From the NCBI GenBank assembly GCA_016783605.1, contig JADHWG010000003.1:1-62404 (forward strand): a stretch of DNA of 62,404 nucleotides, written 5' to 3'. How positions within the stretch are numbered: the first letter of the stretch is position 1; every line of letters begins with the position of its first letter. Of the stretch, positions 62,344 to 62,404 are shown piece after piece. This stretch comes from Candidatus Omnitrophota bacterium (GTDB taxonomy: Bacteria > Omnitrophota > Gorgyraeia > Tantalellales > Tantalellaceae). The notes beneath the pieces were generated by a model. It ran no database searches, had not been told where the DNA came from, and saw only the letters and a program-made list of their open reading frames with translations. Both the position numbers and the translations under genes were made by a program.

Positions 62344-62404
62344 ACTTATTCTATGTCCAATTATCGCTTGTTTAGGCTGGCTTTTCGCGCTTTGAACAGG
62401 TTCT

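Noticed and set aside
1-62404. tRNA, rRNA, tmRNA, RNase P RNA, and self-cleaving ribozyme motifs inside the repeat elements
   Set aside because: All sizeable gaps are accounted for by the repeat families or promoter regions. I saw no cloverleaf-like segments and no CUGAUGA...GAAA hammerhead cores outside coding sequence. This was a visual scan only, not a covariance-model search.

Overview
This 62.4-kb window comes from a moderately AT-rich bacterial chromosome. The taxon cannot be fixed from sequence alone. All ~60 supportable CDS and the one CRISPR array are on the minus strand. Plus-strand ORFs in the track look like shadow ORFs or translations of repeats.

Housekeeping backbone, in order:
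- gatC (plus the first codons of a probable gatA)
- surA-pdxA-rsmA
- a second parvulin PPIase, a compact mfd, argS
- nadD-proA-proB-obg-rpmA-rplU
- rng plus a short DUF2344-like gene
- a TIGR03960-like radical SAM gene, rodA, mrdA, mreD, mreC, mreB
- aroA, rluD, lgt, lspA, a dksA-like gene, ileS
- mtnP, yggU-like, yggT, proC

Two type IV pilus modules sit inside this backbone:
- A minor-pilin module at 20987-24901.
- A 16-kb module at 27589-43636: pilQ, pilP-like, pilO, pilN, pilM, an acyl-CoA ligase, the major pilin, pilC, two pilB paralogs, a stand-alone MshEN-type domain protein, pilT and a degenerate GGDEF sensor.

An accessory island at about 0.4-7.0 kb carries:
- an orphan type I-E-like CRISPR array with no cas genes in the window
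- a vapBC cassette bracketed by 25-bp direct repeats
- a DUF2293 / SEC-C / Cys-rich three-gene cluster
- an HTH-Fic gene with a small downstream partner

The most unusual signal is non-coding. Nearly every intergenic gap holds a structured repeat, about 4 kb in total by hand tally:
- ten same-orientation MITE-like nested palindromes in two families
- GTAG-headed REP-like GC hairpins, which in at least five cases supply the upstream gene's TAG stop
- modular elements built from tandem heptamers flanking CCGCCnnnGGCGG twin hairpins

Repeat coordinates were derived by hand and may be off by 1-2 nt.
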